A stretch of 64,000 bases of DNA from Okamejei kenojei (taxonomy: Eukaryota). Shown one piece after another: positions 38,321 through 51,458 of this stretch. The translations under genes were made by a program, and so were the position numbers. How positions within the stretch are numbered: position 1 is the stretch's first letter; each line of letters begins with the position of its first letter. Where the stretch lies: contig CM069132.1 in NCBI GenBank assembly GCA_035221665.1, positions 141,112,001-141,176,000 on the forward strand, in the 5' to 3' direction. A model generated the notes under the pieces. It searched no databases, had not been told where the DNA came from, and saw only the letters and a list, made by a program, of their open reading frames with translations.

Positions 38321-38546
38321 AGGGCCTGTCCCATTTTCACAACCTAATTCACAACCTTTTTTACTCGTGGACATTTTTCATCATGCTAGAAAAACGCCCC
38401 GATCTACTTGGATGCCACAACTACCTTCGACTAGCATCACGGCCTGCTACGACCTACCTACGACCTGGTACGACCTCGTGACGTCCATGCTGCGAGCATG
38501 AGTCAAGAGCAAACTCGGCAGAGGTCGTGAAAGTGGGACAGGCCCT
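38321..38546. mobile_element. PIF/Harbinger MITE, same family and orientation as 21664-21877
   Basis: Same TIR; TSD TAA. Confidence 0.85.
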
Positions 38547-39816
38547 TAATTCTCCCTCTTGCCCTTCACATTAATTAATTCAATATAAACCTTCATCTTT
38601 TACACATTTTAAATGACATCCTTCACTTATCTACAACCTATCAATTTTATTAATTCACCCAATAATCCAGGCTCTTGCGATTCCTCCCCAAACAACACTA
38701 CCTCCCTCTGCACCTTACAAGATGACATTCATAACCTTGTTCTTGGATCAGGGTCCTAGTTTTCTCCTCCTCTGGCAGCATCAAGGTTGTACAAACCCGT
38801 AAATTGCAGAACATCTCCTTGCCTCTTTAAATAACAATGTTTTGTACTGAATTTGCAATGAAATTGCTTAACGGTTAGATGACTATACCAGATGCATAAA
38901 CACCAGGTACATGATAGTTTGCTGAATTAAGTGCACAACATAGATGCAAGTTGCTCTCCTTGGAATGTAGAGAATAATGTGTTGGCTACGGGGCATTGCT
39001 TAACGTGACAGGAGAAAGAGTCCAGATAATTACCATGTACAGGCTGATAGAGCAGTGAGTAAATCATTCCAACAACCAAGTCTCATAAGTACAAGGAAAA
39101 ATAGAAATAAAGACAGTAAACATCAGACAACCAGCACCCCAAATGATGCAGTTTTTTTTTCTCCGTTGTATAAGTATTCTGGTTCTTTCAGCCAATACTA
39201 ACCCTTCAGGAAACTTGATTAAAAACAAAAAAGATTACCTGAATATTATCTCATTACTGTTTTGCTGGCTTTGTGTAGATTGGAAGTCACATTTCCTGCA
39301 TCACTATCAGTGACCTCACTTCAAAAGCACATACTTTGCTGTAAATGTATTTTTGGGGAATCTCCATAGGCTGTGGACTGTGGACAGTCCAATATTACAG
39401 CAAGTTCCTTCCATTTCTTTCTGTTCAAAATTCTTTGCTCAAAAATTGGCACCATCAAAATATGACACGGGCATGCGTACAAAAAAATCAATACTCTCCA
39501 GAACAGAAAAAAAGCAGAAAAACAGAATTAAGGATGGAGTTAAGTAGATGAGCGTGTAACAAAACACTAACCAGCTTGTTAAATGAAAATGCTTAATTGA
39601 AGAAAGGAGAAAATTAAAATCAAGCACATTAATGTTATCATCCCAAACCAAGAAATTAAAAACAGTGCCGCTCAGTTACTCAAATCATTGTAAAATCTAG
39701 TTAACAGCCAAATCTAAGAGAACAGTTCAGTCAATGCAGGGTATCCAAACCTCATACTATTTCAAATAGTTACTGCCTGTGTTTGCTTCAGCATCTTAGC
39801 ATGTCTACTGACAATG

Positions 39817-40130
39817 TTTAGTTTAGTCTAGTTCAGAGATACAGCGCGGAAACAGGTCCATTGGCCCACCGAGTCTGCACCAACCAGCAATCCCCGCACA
39901 TTAACACTATCCTACACTAGCGACAATTTTTACATATATACCAAGCCAATTAAACAAAAAAAACTGTGGGTCTTTGGAATGTGGTAGGAAACCAAAGTCC
40001 TCGGAGAAAACCCACGGAGGTCACGGGCTGAATGTACAAATTCTGTACAGACTAGCACCCGTACCCCCAGGGTCAAACCAGGCTCTTTGGTGCTATAAGC
40101 ACTGTAAGGCAGCAACTCAACCACTGTGCA
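39817..40130 (-). mobile_element. HE1/V-SINE-like SINE
   Basis: Reverse complement of the same family. Confidence 0.85.
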
Positions 40131-43100
40131 ACCCTAAATATATAGAAGCAGTCTCACAACAATTCCTCTGGACCGGCTGACACTGGAGAATTCATTTACT
40201 TTAACTTTATTTCTAATGATCTCTTCAGGGTACAAATTATAAACCATCCAAACTAATTTGTGGTTACCAGTGATTGTTTGGTAATGTGAATAATAGAAAT
40301 TACAACACTGTCAAATATTCTCAGCGCTGAAAACCAAATTGAAGAATCATGGATCCAGATATGATCTATCCATATTTTTTCCTGCTCACATTTCATACTG
40401 CTCATTGAGTTTCACATAGGATTCACATACATGTCGCAAATCTCACTTGAGAGTGCTATTTTTAACTCTGGGCAATATGGGATGGGTCGTGGGGGAACTT
40501 GCTTGAACCCATGCTACCTAAAAATTAAAAATATAAGATATTTGACGTGATGGCATGTTGGGTTGAAGGGCCAGTTTCCACACTGCAAGACACTATGACT
40601 CTATATGGGAAGCATAGGCCTATTTGACATAGTCAAGTGTGATTCCATTAAGACACGATGAATCGTGTGAGTGAAAAGATTATGCATTTTTAAACAGTCA
40701 CCCACAAAAGTAATTCAACTGCAAAGAATGACAGGAAGTGAATGCTGGTTGCCTCCCATCAATCGTGGTTGCCTTCCATCATTGTGAGGCTAATCCTAGG
40801 GATGCACAATGATGATTGCAGAATGCTACATTCACAACTTCAGGAATAATGAAGTTCTCGCCTACATGCAGCCGAACCTGGACAAAATCCAGGCTCGGGC
40901 TAATCGAGGACAACCAACATTCACAGCACACACGATCATCTCCAAATGAAAGAAAGTTCAAATTAGCTATCTTAAAGATACAAGCGTTCCTTCATCAACA
41001 ACCAGGTAAACCCTGGCCAGAAACAAGCGATGCCACGGCTCTGCATAGGTGAGAGGCCCAGTCTTCAACAGTGATGATTCACTTCCTCATTCCCCAAAAT
41101 TCTTCCATATGTATAAAATGCAACCAGGAGATGATTAAATTATAAAGTGGAACCAGGAGATGATTAAAACATTATTTTCCCTGCGTGACTGAGAGTGCAA
41201 CGTTTAAGAAGATGAGCTGAAGGTTGCAGGTATATGGAACGAGAGGAAGTAGTTGAGGCAGATACTATAATACCATTTGAAAGACACTTGGACAGGTACA
41301 TGAATAGGAAAGCAAATGTGAGCTAATGGGACGAGCTTGGATGGGGCACCTTGGCATGGGCGAGTTGAGCCGAAGGGCCTGTTTCTGTGCTGTATGACTA
41401 TGAGCACCATCTAGGATATGAAGCCTTTTCATCAGCACCTCCTCCACCATTGGAATTACATTGCTGCCATCTACAAAATGACCATCTACAAAATGTATTA
41501 CACCAACTTGTCAAGATTTATGTTACACCACCTCCCAAAAAAAAAAAAACACCTGGAAGATCAAGGACAGCAAGCAAGCAAGAAAAGCACCATCTTCAAT
41601 TTATGTACAACTATGCCTGGGATATAGCTGGCAGATCCTTCAGCGCAACTGTCAAAAACATATAGCCCTGACTAGCACTGTATCCTCATGTATGATATGA
41701 AGCAGGTCAACAAGGGGACCCATTGCCACCTCCTCCGAAGGAATCAGAAATAACAGCAGGACTTTCATCTCATGAAAAAGATAAAAACAAGTGTTCCCAT
41801 CTGGTAAAATGTGTTTCTGGAACTGCTTAGCCTCGTACAGCAAAAAATTCCACCATCTCCATTCCTTGTATAATTAATAAACATAAGCATTCAATGAAAA
41901 TGCATTCCTCCCTACTTGACCTTTTTTTCCATGACACTTCAATGCATCTGGATAGCCCTCTTCTAACTTGGGGGACTGCTGTACTCCTTTGTGGGAGCCT
42001 CAGTGCAGTTCAGTAAACTCCCAAAATACCATGAAAGTCATCTGAACTGCTATTCATCACCTCATCTCAAACTCGGCCGACAGTGAGAGAACAGTTGCTG
42101 AATTTCAAAATTGAATTCAAAGAAAATTCTAATCTTATGTGGGAGGTTTTGAGACGTCAAGGAAAAAAAGTTACAAATAGGAAAGTAGGAGACATGGGAA
42201 CTCTGAACAGACAGAGATATTACAGAAAACAACTGTAGCGAGCCAGCAGGATTCTGTTTGCAAAAAATACAAAATATTCAAATAGTGTTCAGGCGGATAC
42301 AAAAGGATGCAGCATTTCACATTATGCTGTCTTGGTTTGATTTGTATTCCTGATGCCTTTGAACTTTTACTCTGCATAGAGAACAGAAAATGATTTGCAA
42401 AACGTTCCACAGCTGACGAGATATGATTTTGTTTTTTTCTACTGATAATAGGACCATCTTCACAGAAATAGGAATTTATCTCACTCACAAAGCAAAGTGA
42501 ACAAGGTTGGTGTGTGAACTGTGGTGCATTCTTTCGAAGCACTAATCAAGTGAGGGCAAATACAAATGCCAGTTAAGGATCAAAGCTGTGGGCTGCTGAC
42601 CCGAGAGTATCCGTGCAGGATTTCGCAATCGTTTACTCCCTGCATGAGATCACAGGAAAAGAAAAAATGCAATAAAACATTACAGCGCACCAACCTGAAC
42701 CAAATGTGGTTCTTGTTGATGAATCCAGACAGTGTGTCACTACGATGGTGTTTGTCCCACCTGAAAGTGTTAACTAGCTTGAAGCAAAACCCAAGGTCTT
42801 TGTGAGCATTGAGACAGAAACTAGATAGGCATTATTAAACAGCGCAGAACTTTAGCAGCTTGCAAATCTAGTCTATATATTTCCAATCTTAAAACATTTT
42901 TACAGGCGGATTACTCGAGATAACGTGACAGCCTTGAGATATGAGGCAAAAGTTGAGGGCAAAGAAAACATATTGCAGTGGAAGCTTTGAATTTATCATG
43001 AAATTCCAAAGATTTCATTTAATACCACTGAATGCAAAGACTTCATACTGATAAACCCTGAACTCAAAATAAGAAACTAATCAGCTCTCTATGCTTGGCT

Positions 43101-43932
43101 GCAAAGACAGCAAACCTTAAAGGACAGAGAAAGGTTAACTTAAGAAAATAAATTGCCCCAGATATGAGCCAATGACAGTCCCAGAGAATGACACCCGCTG
43201 CACAGTTAGACGGGTACATGGATAGGACAGGTTTGGAGGGATATGGACCAAGCGCAGGCAAGTGGGACTCGTGTAGCTGGGACATTGTTGGTCGGTGTGG
43301 GCGAGTTGGGCCGAAGGGCCTGTTTCCAGACTGTATCATTCTATAACTCTAATGAGCAGTGTTAGCAGACAATCCCATGAATTAAACCATTAATAATTCA
43401 ACTTACGATGAGTTTCCAGAGTGTATTCTCAGCAATTGAGTTAAGAGCAGAAAATAAATTGCACTGTTTGGCAGCACACACAATGGCGTTGTAATCATTT
43501 GGTGGAATTGAAGATAATCTTCAAGTGATCACAGTCCTGATCATGTCAGGCCTTGCAGTCCACCAAAAACAGCCTGTTGGGGCATTCTGGTTCATCAGAT
43601 GTTTCCAAATTTAGATGCCCTTGGTTTTGGGGATGGAATGGATTGACTGACTAAAGATGACAACTTTCTTGACAGGGAATAATGACTAAAAAAAAAACCC
43701 CACACACTGCGCATGTTCATGCCGCAGTGACTGACTCAAGAATGACATTTGGAGAAGCTACTATTGTGGTAGTGAAGTTGCAAGATAAATGGAAAAAAAT
43801 AAAGGTTTTGCGAATGGGATTGAGGAAGAAAGGAAAAAGTATTTGTACCGTTAACATTTCTCTGTGACGCTAAGGTTAGCCATCTTCTTCACAATACCTG
43901 CTGGGGAAAGCAACAAAGAAGCTACCACCCAC

Positions 43933-44170
43933 CTGGGATCCTTCTGAATGCTGTCGATGGAAGGCGACCGTGCCAGGGTGCTCTCGGGAGGGATGGCTGG
44001 CCCAGACTTGCTGTATGGCGACTCCACTGAGGGGCAATACTGGAGTGTCCGGTAAGGGTCTCCGTAGTTGGCGGCCGGTCCGGTGGCATAGCTTGACCTC
44101 TGGTAGGTGGCTGTGTTCTGGCTGCCCGTGCGCTGCAAGGGTACGGAGTCAACAGCAGGGGAGGACGGGG
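43933..44170 (-). CDS. CTNND2: Internal coding exon of delta-catenin (catenin delta-2), immediately upstream of the first armadillo repeat
   Basis: Minus-strand translation (A)[78 protein letters not shown](R) matches my recollection of vertebrate CTNND2 (..[38 protein letters not shown]). Acceptor tccctactttcccactgtag ends at 44171 and donor AG|gtgggt starts at 43932. The exon is 238 nt, phase 1 to phase 2. Confidence 0.93.
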
Positions 44171-44550
44171 CTACAGTGGGAAAGTAGGGACAAAGCAAGA
44201 AACTGAGGACCTGCTCACAGAAATGGTTCACCAGGTCTAGGCAAAAGGATCACCACATATGTACAGAGGGGGGTGGGGGATTTGAGAGGGGACACAAAAT
44301 TAACATCAGAGTAATGTCAGACATTCCAAACAGAGCAGAAAATACATCACACTGCACAACACGGAAGCATCTGAAGCATCTTTAACTACACTTGGCCCCA
44401 GCACATTGATAGCTCATTGAGTTTATTACAAAGTAATAATGTTTTAAGGAATATGGATTACATTTCTGCAAGTCTAGTTGAGTTACTGCTTAGCTGTGAT
44501 CTTGAGAAAGGAAGATGTACTGTACATTTCACAAGTTCAGAAGAGTCTAA

Positions 44551-44778
44551 AGGGCCTGTCCCACTTTCACGACCTAATTCACGACTGCTGCCGAGTTTGC
44601 CCTTGACTCGTACTCGCAGCATGGTCGTCACTAGGTCGCAGGTAGGTCGTAGCAGGTCGTGATGCTAGTCGTAGGTACTCGTGGCATCAAGTAGGTCGCG
44701 GCGTTTTTTCTAGCCTGATGAAAAATGTCCATGAGTATAAAAGGTTGTGAATTAGGTCGTGAAAGTGGGACAGGCCCT
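44551..44778. mobile_element. PIF/Harbinger MITE, opposite orientation
   Basis: Same TIR; TSD TAA; internal sequence is the reverse complement of the other two copies. Confidence 0.85.
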
Positions 44779-45607
44779 TAAAGGTTTTACAATTGAACAA
44801 AATACTTTCAATACTTTAAATCCATTGCTCAATTGATAACTTTCAGATCTTTGAGTCAGAGGATTATTTCACCCTAGAGACTTACACACAAAACAGTCAA
44901 AATTCCAAAACAGTGCTGTGTGGGGTCTGTGCTTTCAAAGGAACTATCTTGTATCAGTCCCAACTACTCCTCAAGCAGTTATAAAAAGGTCCCGTGATGG
45001 TGTCTGGAAAAGAGCAGGAAACTTCTCTCCAGTGAAGCCCCACTCTCTCCATAATCATGGTCATTCAACTAATCACACAAGAACATATTTTCTTGTGACA
45101 TTCCTGGAATCTTTTTTGTTATTTCATGCATCAATTGCATTGGAGTAGTAACTAAACTTCGTATATCATTGGCTGTATAATGCTTTGAGGGATCTTGAGC
45201 AAACAACAATACTTTATTTTTTAGTAGCAACATATTTTGCGAGAGAACCACATCTTAGTACTAAGCATATTGCAAAAGACATGCCATCGCCCTATCATCA
45301 AAACTAGCTGTCGATCAGAAAAGCCTAACTTTCTATTTCAACTGGGTGAATTGCAACTTATTTTAAACCAAACTGTGCAACAGGTTTTGAACCTGGAGGG
45401 GCACTTGCTTTAAAATGTACAGCCTATGCAGAATAGAACTGAGAGAATGCATAATGTATTAGGATTTCAATAAATATACTTTGCAGATCTACTTTGTTTT
45501 GTAATTAATGACACAAAGAATTGTTCCTTACCTAATAATTGGAAAACAGTAATTGAAGTAATATTTTGATCAGTGGCCGAAAGCGTAATGCATGTCTGCA
45601 ATATAAT

Positions 45608-45915
45608 TTAGTTTCTTTTCGAGATAGACCGCGGAAACAAGCCCTTCGGCCCACCGAGTTCCCGCTGACCAGCGATCCCTACACATTGGCACTATCTTAC
45701 ACACACTCGGGACAATTTACACTTCTACCAAGCCAATTAATCTACAAACTTGTACGTCTTTAGAGTGCGGGAGGAAACCGAAGATCTCAGAGGAAACCCA
45801 CGGGTGGAACGTACAAACTCTGGTACAAACAGCAGCCGTAATCGGGGTCGAACCCAGCTCTCTGGTACTGCAAACGCTGTAAGGCAGCAACTCTACCGCT
45901 ATGCCACACTGCGCT
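45608..45915 (-). mobile_element. HE1/V-SINE-like SINE
   Basis: Reverse complement of the same family. Confidence 0.85.
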
Positions 45916-46804
45916 GCCCTGAAGCATTGACAATTTGCATTGATAATTTGCAGACGAACCTACTGTGTGGACCAAATAACGAACAATGACAATGTCATAA
46001 GGAATAGGAGTAGAATTAAGCCATTCGGCCCATCAAGTCTACTCTGCAGATACATGCAGCATCATGGAATTTGCTTGGTTACTAGGAAATGGACCCTTTG
46101 GCCCACAATTTGCCATATATGATAGCAAGTTACATTGATCTCATCTTCCTGTACATGATCCACATCCCTGCACTTCCATGTGCCCATCCAAGAGCCTCTC
46201 AAATGGCACCATTGTATCTGTTTCCACCACCATCCCTGGCAATCAATGCATTCCAGGCCCCCTCCACTCTGCATGTAAAAAAACGTGTCCCATACATCTC
46301 CGTTAAATTTTCCCCCTCCCACTTTATAATTCAGTTCTTAATAGTGTATATGTTAATCTGGACAAGTAGCGTATCTCATTGAAGTCCAGGATTCCTTGCA
46401 TAAAGAAGGAAATAACATGGCATGTTTCAGCTGCGGCTAGCAAAGATTCTTGGTGGATACATGTGCATGGACAGTGGTGAGGGGAGTGCAGGGCTCGGTG
46501 ATAATGTTTTCCCCACCTCAGATTAAATACCAACTTACATTAACATAGCCAGCCGTTAGATATAGCCTTTTGGGCTAACGGAATCAAGGGATATGGGGAG
46601 AAGGCAGGAAAGGGGTACTGATTCTGGATGATCGGCCATGATCATATTGAATGGCGGTGCTGGCTCGAAGGGCCAAATAACCTACTCCTGCACCTCTTTT
46701 CTATGTTTCTGTTTCTAACACAAGCCCAAACACTCTGCAGAAGTAAGATCAGAACAACAAACTTCTACTCGATTTTACAGAAATGATTGTACTTGTATTA
46801 GAAG

Positions 46805-46895
46805 GTAGACAAAAATGCTGGAGAAACTCAGCGGGTGAGCCAGCAACTATGCAGCAAAGGAATAGGTGACGTTTTGGGTCGAGACCCTTCTTCAG
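46805..46895 (-). mobile_element. Penelope-derived unit with hammerhead-like core
   Basis: Family match; imperfect 14-bp TSD acttgtattagaag (46791-46804) and acttttatttgaag (46896-46909). Confidence 0.75.
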
Positions 46896-47049
46896 ACTTT
46901 TATTTGAAGTTGCTGACGTTTCTTTCTTAAGTTGACAAGATGGTGCCGGAGCATGGCAACTCTTTGTGTGCTCTTCCCAGAGGAAGATCTACCATCATCG
47001 CTTGACTGTTTTAAATCACTTCTATACCTGCAATTCAGCCCCTTTGCTC

Positions 47050-49380
47050 TATCTAGTGTACGGAAGGAAATCCACATTAGGCAGGAAATGGTGTTGGGTA
47101 GACTGATGGCACTGAAGGCTGACAAATCCCCAGGGCCTGATTGTCTGAATCCCAGGGTACTTTAAGGAAGTGGCTCTAGAAATTGTGGATGCATTGGTGA
47201 TAATTTTCCAATGTTCTATAGATTCAGGATCCGTCCCTGTGGATTGGAGGGTAGCAAATGTTATCGCATTTTTTAAGAAAGGCGGGAGAGAGAAAACAGG
47301 GAATGATAGACGAGTTAGCCTGAAATTGGTGGTGGGGAAGATGCTGGAGTCAGTTATAAAAGATGAAATAGTGGCACATTTGTGAATGGTATGTATGTTA
47401 GCGTTCATAGCAAAAGGATTTGAGTATAGGAGCAGGGAGGTTCTACTTCAGTTGTACAGGGTCTTGGTGAGACCACACCTGGAGTATTGCATACAGTTTT
47501 GGTCTCCAAATCTGAGGAAGGACATTATTACCATAGAGGGAGTGCAGAGAAGGTTCACCAGACTGATTCCTGGGATGTCAGGACTGTCTTATGAAGAAAG
47601 ACTGGATAAACTCGGTTTATGCTCTCTAGAATTTAGGAGATTGAGAGGGGATCTTATAGAAACTTATAAAATTCTTAAGGGGTTGGACAGGCTAGATGCA
47701 GGAAGATTGTTCCCGATGTTGGGGAAGTCCAGGACAAGGGGTCACAGCTTAAGGATAAGGGGGAAATCCTTTAATACCGAGATGAGGAAGACATTTTTTC
47801 ACACAGAGAGTGGTGAGTCTCTGGAACTCTCTGCCACAGAGGGTAGTTGAGGCCAGTTCATTGGCTATATTTAAGAGGGAGTTAGATGTGGCCCTTGTGG
47901 CTAAGGGGATCAGAGGGTATGGAGAGAAGGCAGGTACGGGATACTGAGTTGGATGATCAGCCATGATCATATTGAATGGTGGTGCAGGCTCGAAGGGCTG
48001 AATGGCCTACTCCTGCACCTAATTTCTATGTTTCTATTTGGATAGCAGTAACAGGATTGGTCCGAGTCAGCATGGATTTACGAAGGGGAAATCATGCTTG
48101 ACTAATCTTCTGGAATTTTATGAAGATGTAACTAGGAAAATGGACAAGGGAGAGCCAGTGGATGTAGTGTACCTGGACCTTCAGAAAGCATTTGATAAGG
48201 TCCCACATAGGAGATTAGTGGGCAAAATTAGGGCACATGGTATTGGGGGTAGAGTGCTGACATGGATAGAGAAGTAGTTGGCAGACAGGAAACAAAAAGC
48301 AGGGATTAACAGATACCTTTCAAAATGGCAGGCAGTGACTAGTGGGGTACCACAAGGCTCGGTGCTGGGACCGAAGCTATTTACAATATACATCAATGAT
48401 TTAGATGAAAGGATTCAAAATAACATTAGCAAATTTGCAGATGACACAAAGCTGGGTGGCAGTGTGAACTGTGAGGAGGATGCTATGAGAATGCAGGGTG
48501 ACTTGGACAGGTTGGTGAGTGGGCAGATGCATGGCAGATGCAACTTAATGTGGATAAATGTGAGGTTATCTACTTTGGTAGCAAAAAACAAAAAGGTAGA
48601 TTATTATCTAAATGATGTCAAGTTGGGAAAAGGGGAAGTACATTGGGAGTCTGAAATACAGTCTGAAGAAGGATTTCAACCTGAAACGTTGCATATTTGC
48701 TTCGCTCCATAGATGCTGCCTCACCCGCTGAGTTTCTCCAGCATTTTTGCCTTAGTACAATGGGATCTGGGGGTCCTTGTTCATCAGTCAATGAAAGTAA
48801 GTATACAGTTACAGCAGGCAGTGAAGAAAGCGAATGGCATAACAAGAGGAGTTGAGTATAGGAGCAAAGAGTCATTCTGCAGTTGTAAATGGCCCTAGTG
48901 AGACCACACTGGAGTATTGTGTGCAGTTTTGGTCCCCTAATTTGAGGAAGGACATTCTTGCTATTGAGGGAATGCAGTGTAGGTTTACAAGGTTAATTCC
49001 CGGGATGGCGGGACTGTCATATGCTGAGAAAATGGAGCGGCTGCGCTTGTATACTCTGGAGTTTAGAAGGATGAGAGGAGATCTTATTGAAACATATAAG
49101 ATTATTAAGGGTTTGGAGTCGCCAGAGGCAGGAAACATGTTCCAGATGTTGGGGGAGTGAGTCTGTGGAATTTGCTGCCTCAGAGGGTGGTGGAGGCCGG
49201 TTCTCTAGATACTTTCAATAGAGAGCTAGATAGGGCTCTTAAAGACAGCGGAGTCAGGGGATATGGGGAGAAGGCAGGAACGGGGTACTGATTGGGGATG
49301 ATCAGCCATGATCACTTTGAATTGCGGTGCTGGCTCGAAGGGCCGAATGGCCTACTCCTGCACCTGTTGTCCATTATCTA
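47050..49380 (+). mobile_element. CR1 LINE (RT region to 3' tail) interrupted by a younger CR1 (47383-48035) and by a Penelope-derived unit
   Basis: KSPGPD, VPVDWRVANV, then [27 protein letters not shown] and FADD after the nested copy. The nested copy is flanked by atttg at 47378-47382 and 48036-48040. Confidence 0.92.
48649..48753 (+). mobile_element. Penelope-derived unit inserted into a CR1 RT coding region
   Basis: Interrupts CR1 sequence; 12-bp TSD agtaca(t/a)tggga at 48637-48648 and 48754-48765. Confidence 0.8.
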
Positions 49381-50544
49381 TGGAGTTTGACGATTGTATT
49401 TAAGTATAGTATATCTCATCTGAATGGATAGTACGCAAAACAAAGATTTTCATTGTACCTCATTACAGGTGGCAAAAAATAAACCTAACCCTAAAGTTTT
49501 CTTTTCTTGCTTTTTAATCTGAATCTGATTTTCTGAGTAAGTTGTCTATGTGCTGGAAAATAGGTTGTTTGTTGTACCTCCTAACCTTGCTTGCGTTAAA
49601 CTAACCAGATGACTACGGTAATAAAATATACTTAGTAAATAAAGAAAGTAAAAGGAAATTGGTTCCTTTGAGACAAAAATAAAGTTTGCTGCTGGCAATG
49701 GAAAGGTTTTTAGTAATCCATGTTGTCGATCAGATATCAGGACATGATTAATTAATAGCAGATACTGTGTGCTGTTCGTGCCTGTATTATGATTAATCAA
49801 GGCATTTTTCAGAATCATTATTCCAAGCATGTGGCTCATTTAAGTGATGAAAATTACACACTGCATGCTTAAATAATGATGATTATCTGTGGCCATTTTA
49901 AATAGTGCAAATTATCCATGATTTGTTTCAATTGTGCATTTGATTTAAGATATTTAAGTGGTGCTAATAACTCGTGAAACAGTTAAATAGAACAAATAAA
50001 CTTTCTTCACACAGGCCAACAATGCAGAACAACATTTTTCCAAAATATGAATGCAAAATAAACCTTTCAGACAAATTATTTGCCAGAACTACCCATGGCT
50101 CCCCACTCTTATATAGCTGCAGTATTAACGTCCTCTAGAAATAGTAAGCTGTTAAAGGGTTGATAAGCAGATTGTGGACAAAGTCCAGAGATGTAAATCA
50201 GAAGTCGTGAGACAAAAGGATTGAAGAGTTGTGGATTGTGAAGCTAGAGGAAGGAATGTTACCTAAAATTGGAGAATACAATGTTTATACCAATGTAAGC
50301 TACCCAAGCATTTAACCAGTTGTGATTTAATCTATGTGAAGGCTTGAGGTAGGCAATCTTTGAGCAGTACCTGAATAAGTGGCGTTGCCATCTTGAGAAA
50401 TTAGATTTAAAGACACATGGGATTTTTTTTCACTCTTAATAAAAGGGCCCATTTTAAAGAAACAAACAAAATAAATTAGCTCAGCTATAATTCATTTAGG
50501 GAGATGCTAGAAAAGTAGACGAGACAAAAGGAATCGAGATGTAG

Positions 50545-50972
50545 ACAATAGACAAGTGAAAATAGGTGCAGGAGTAGGCCATTCGGCCCTTCAAGCCAGC
50601 ACCGCCATTCAATGTGATCATGGCTGATCATCCCCAATCAGTACCCCGTTCCTGACTTCTCCCCATATCCCCTGACTTCGCTATCTTTAAGAACCCTATC
50701 CAGCTCTCTCTTAAAAGTATTCAGAGAACGGGCCTCCACCACCCTCAGAGGCAGAGAATTCCCCAGACTCACATCTCTCTATGTGAAACAGTGTTTCCTC
50801 ACCTAAATGGCTTACCCCTTATTCTTAAACTGTGGCCCCCTGGTTCTGGACTCCCCCAACATCAGGAGCATGTTTCCTGCCTCTAGCGTGTCCAAACCCT
50901 TAATTATCTTATATGTTTCAATGATCCCCTCTCATCCTTCTAAACTCCAGAGTATACAAGCCCAGCCGCTTC
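50545..50972 (-). mobile_element. CR1 3' fragment
   Basis: Same family as 12230-12647. Confidence 0.88.
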
Positions 50973-51213
50973 CATATATATGGAAAAGGTTAGATAAGAA
51001 AGATGAGAGGAGTCATGGTGAATATTAACACCTGCACAAACCTATTGCTCTGAACTGCCAATTTTAGCACTAACAGGAATAATTATTGGACTTCCTTTGA
51101 AAATAAATGGATTCAACTGTTTTATGCATCCAATAGTGGCTGAACAGCTGCCAGGGCCTTTCAATGCTCAATTCACCACAAAGTCTATTGTAGAAGACAA
51201 AGCTGAAAATAAG

Positions 51214-51458
51214 ATAGACACAAAATGCAGGAGTAACTGAGCGGTATACGCAGCATTTCAGGAGAGAAGGGATGGGTGACATTTCTGGCCTAGACCCTTC
51301 TTCAGTCTGAGTTACTCCAGCTTTTTGTGTCTATCTTCGGTTTAAACCAGCATCTGCAGTTCCTTGTGTAGGAAAGCAGGACGGACAGCATCTCTGGAGA
51401 GTAGGAATGGGTGACGTGTCGAATCGAGACCCTTCTTCTGTAGTTCCTTCCTACACAT
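51214..51458. mobile_element. Rearranged multi-arm Penelope-derived unit
   Basis: Alternating arms with two cores; flanking gctgaa(a/t)ataag at 51202-51213 and 51459-51470. Confidence 0.72.

Noticed and set aside
41122-41168. Duplicated aaccaggagatgattaaa
   Set aside because: A short local tandem duplication with no further structure.
43851-44231. The 126-aa ORF as a standalone gene
   Set aside because: Only 43933-44170 is bounded by splice sites and matches CTNND2; the flanking residues are intronic read-through.
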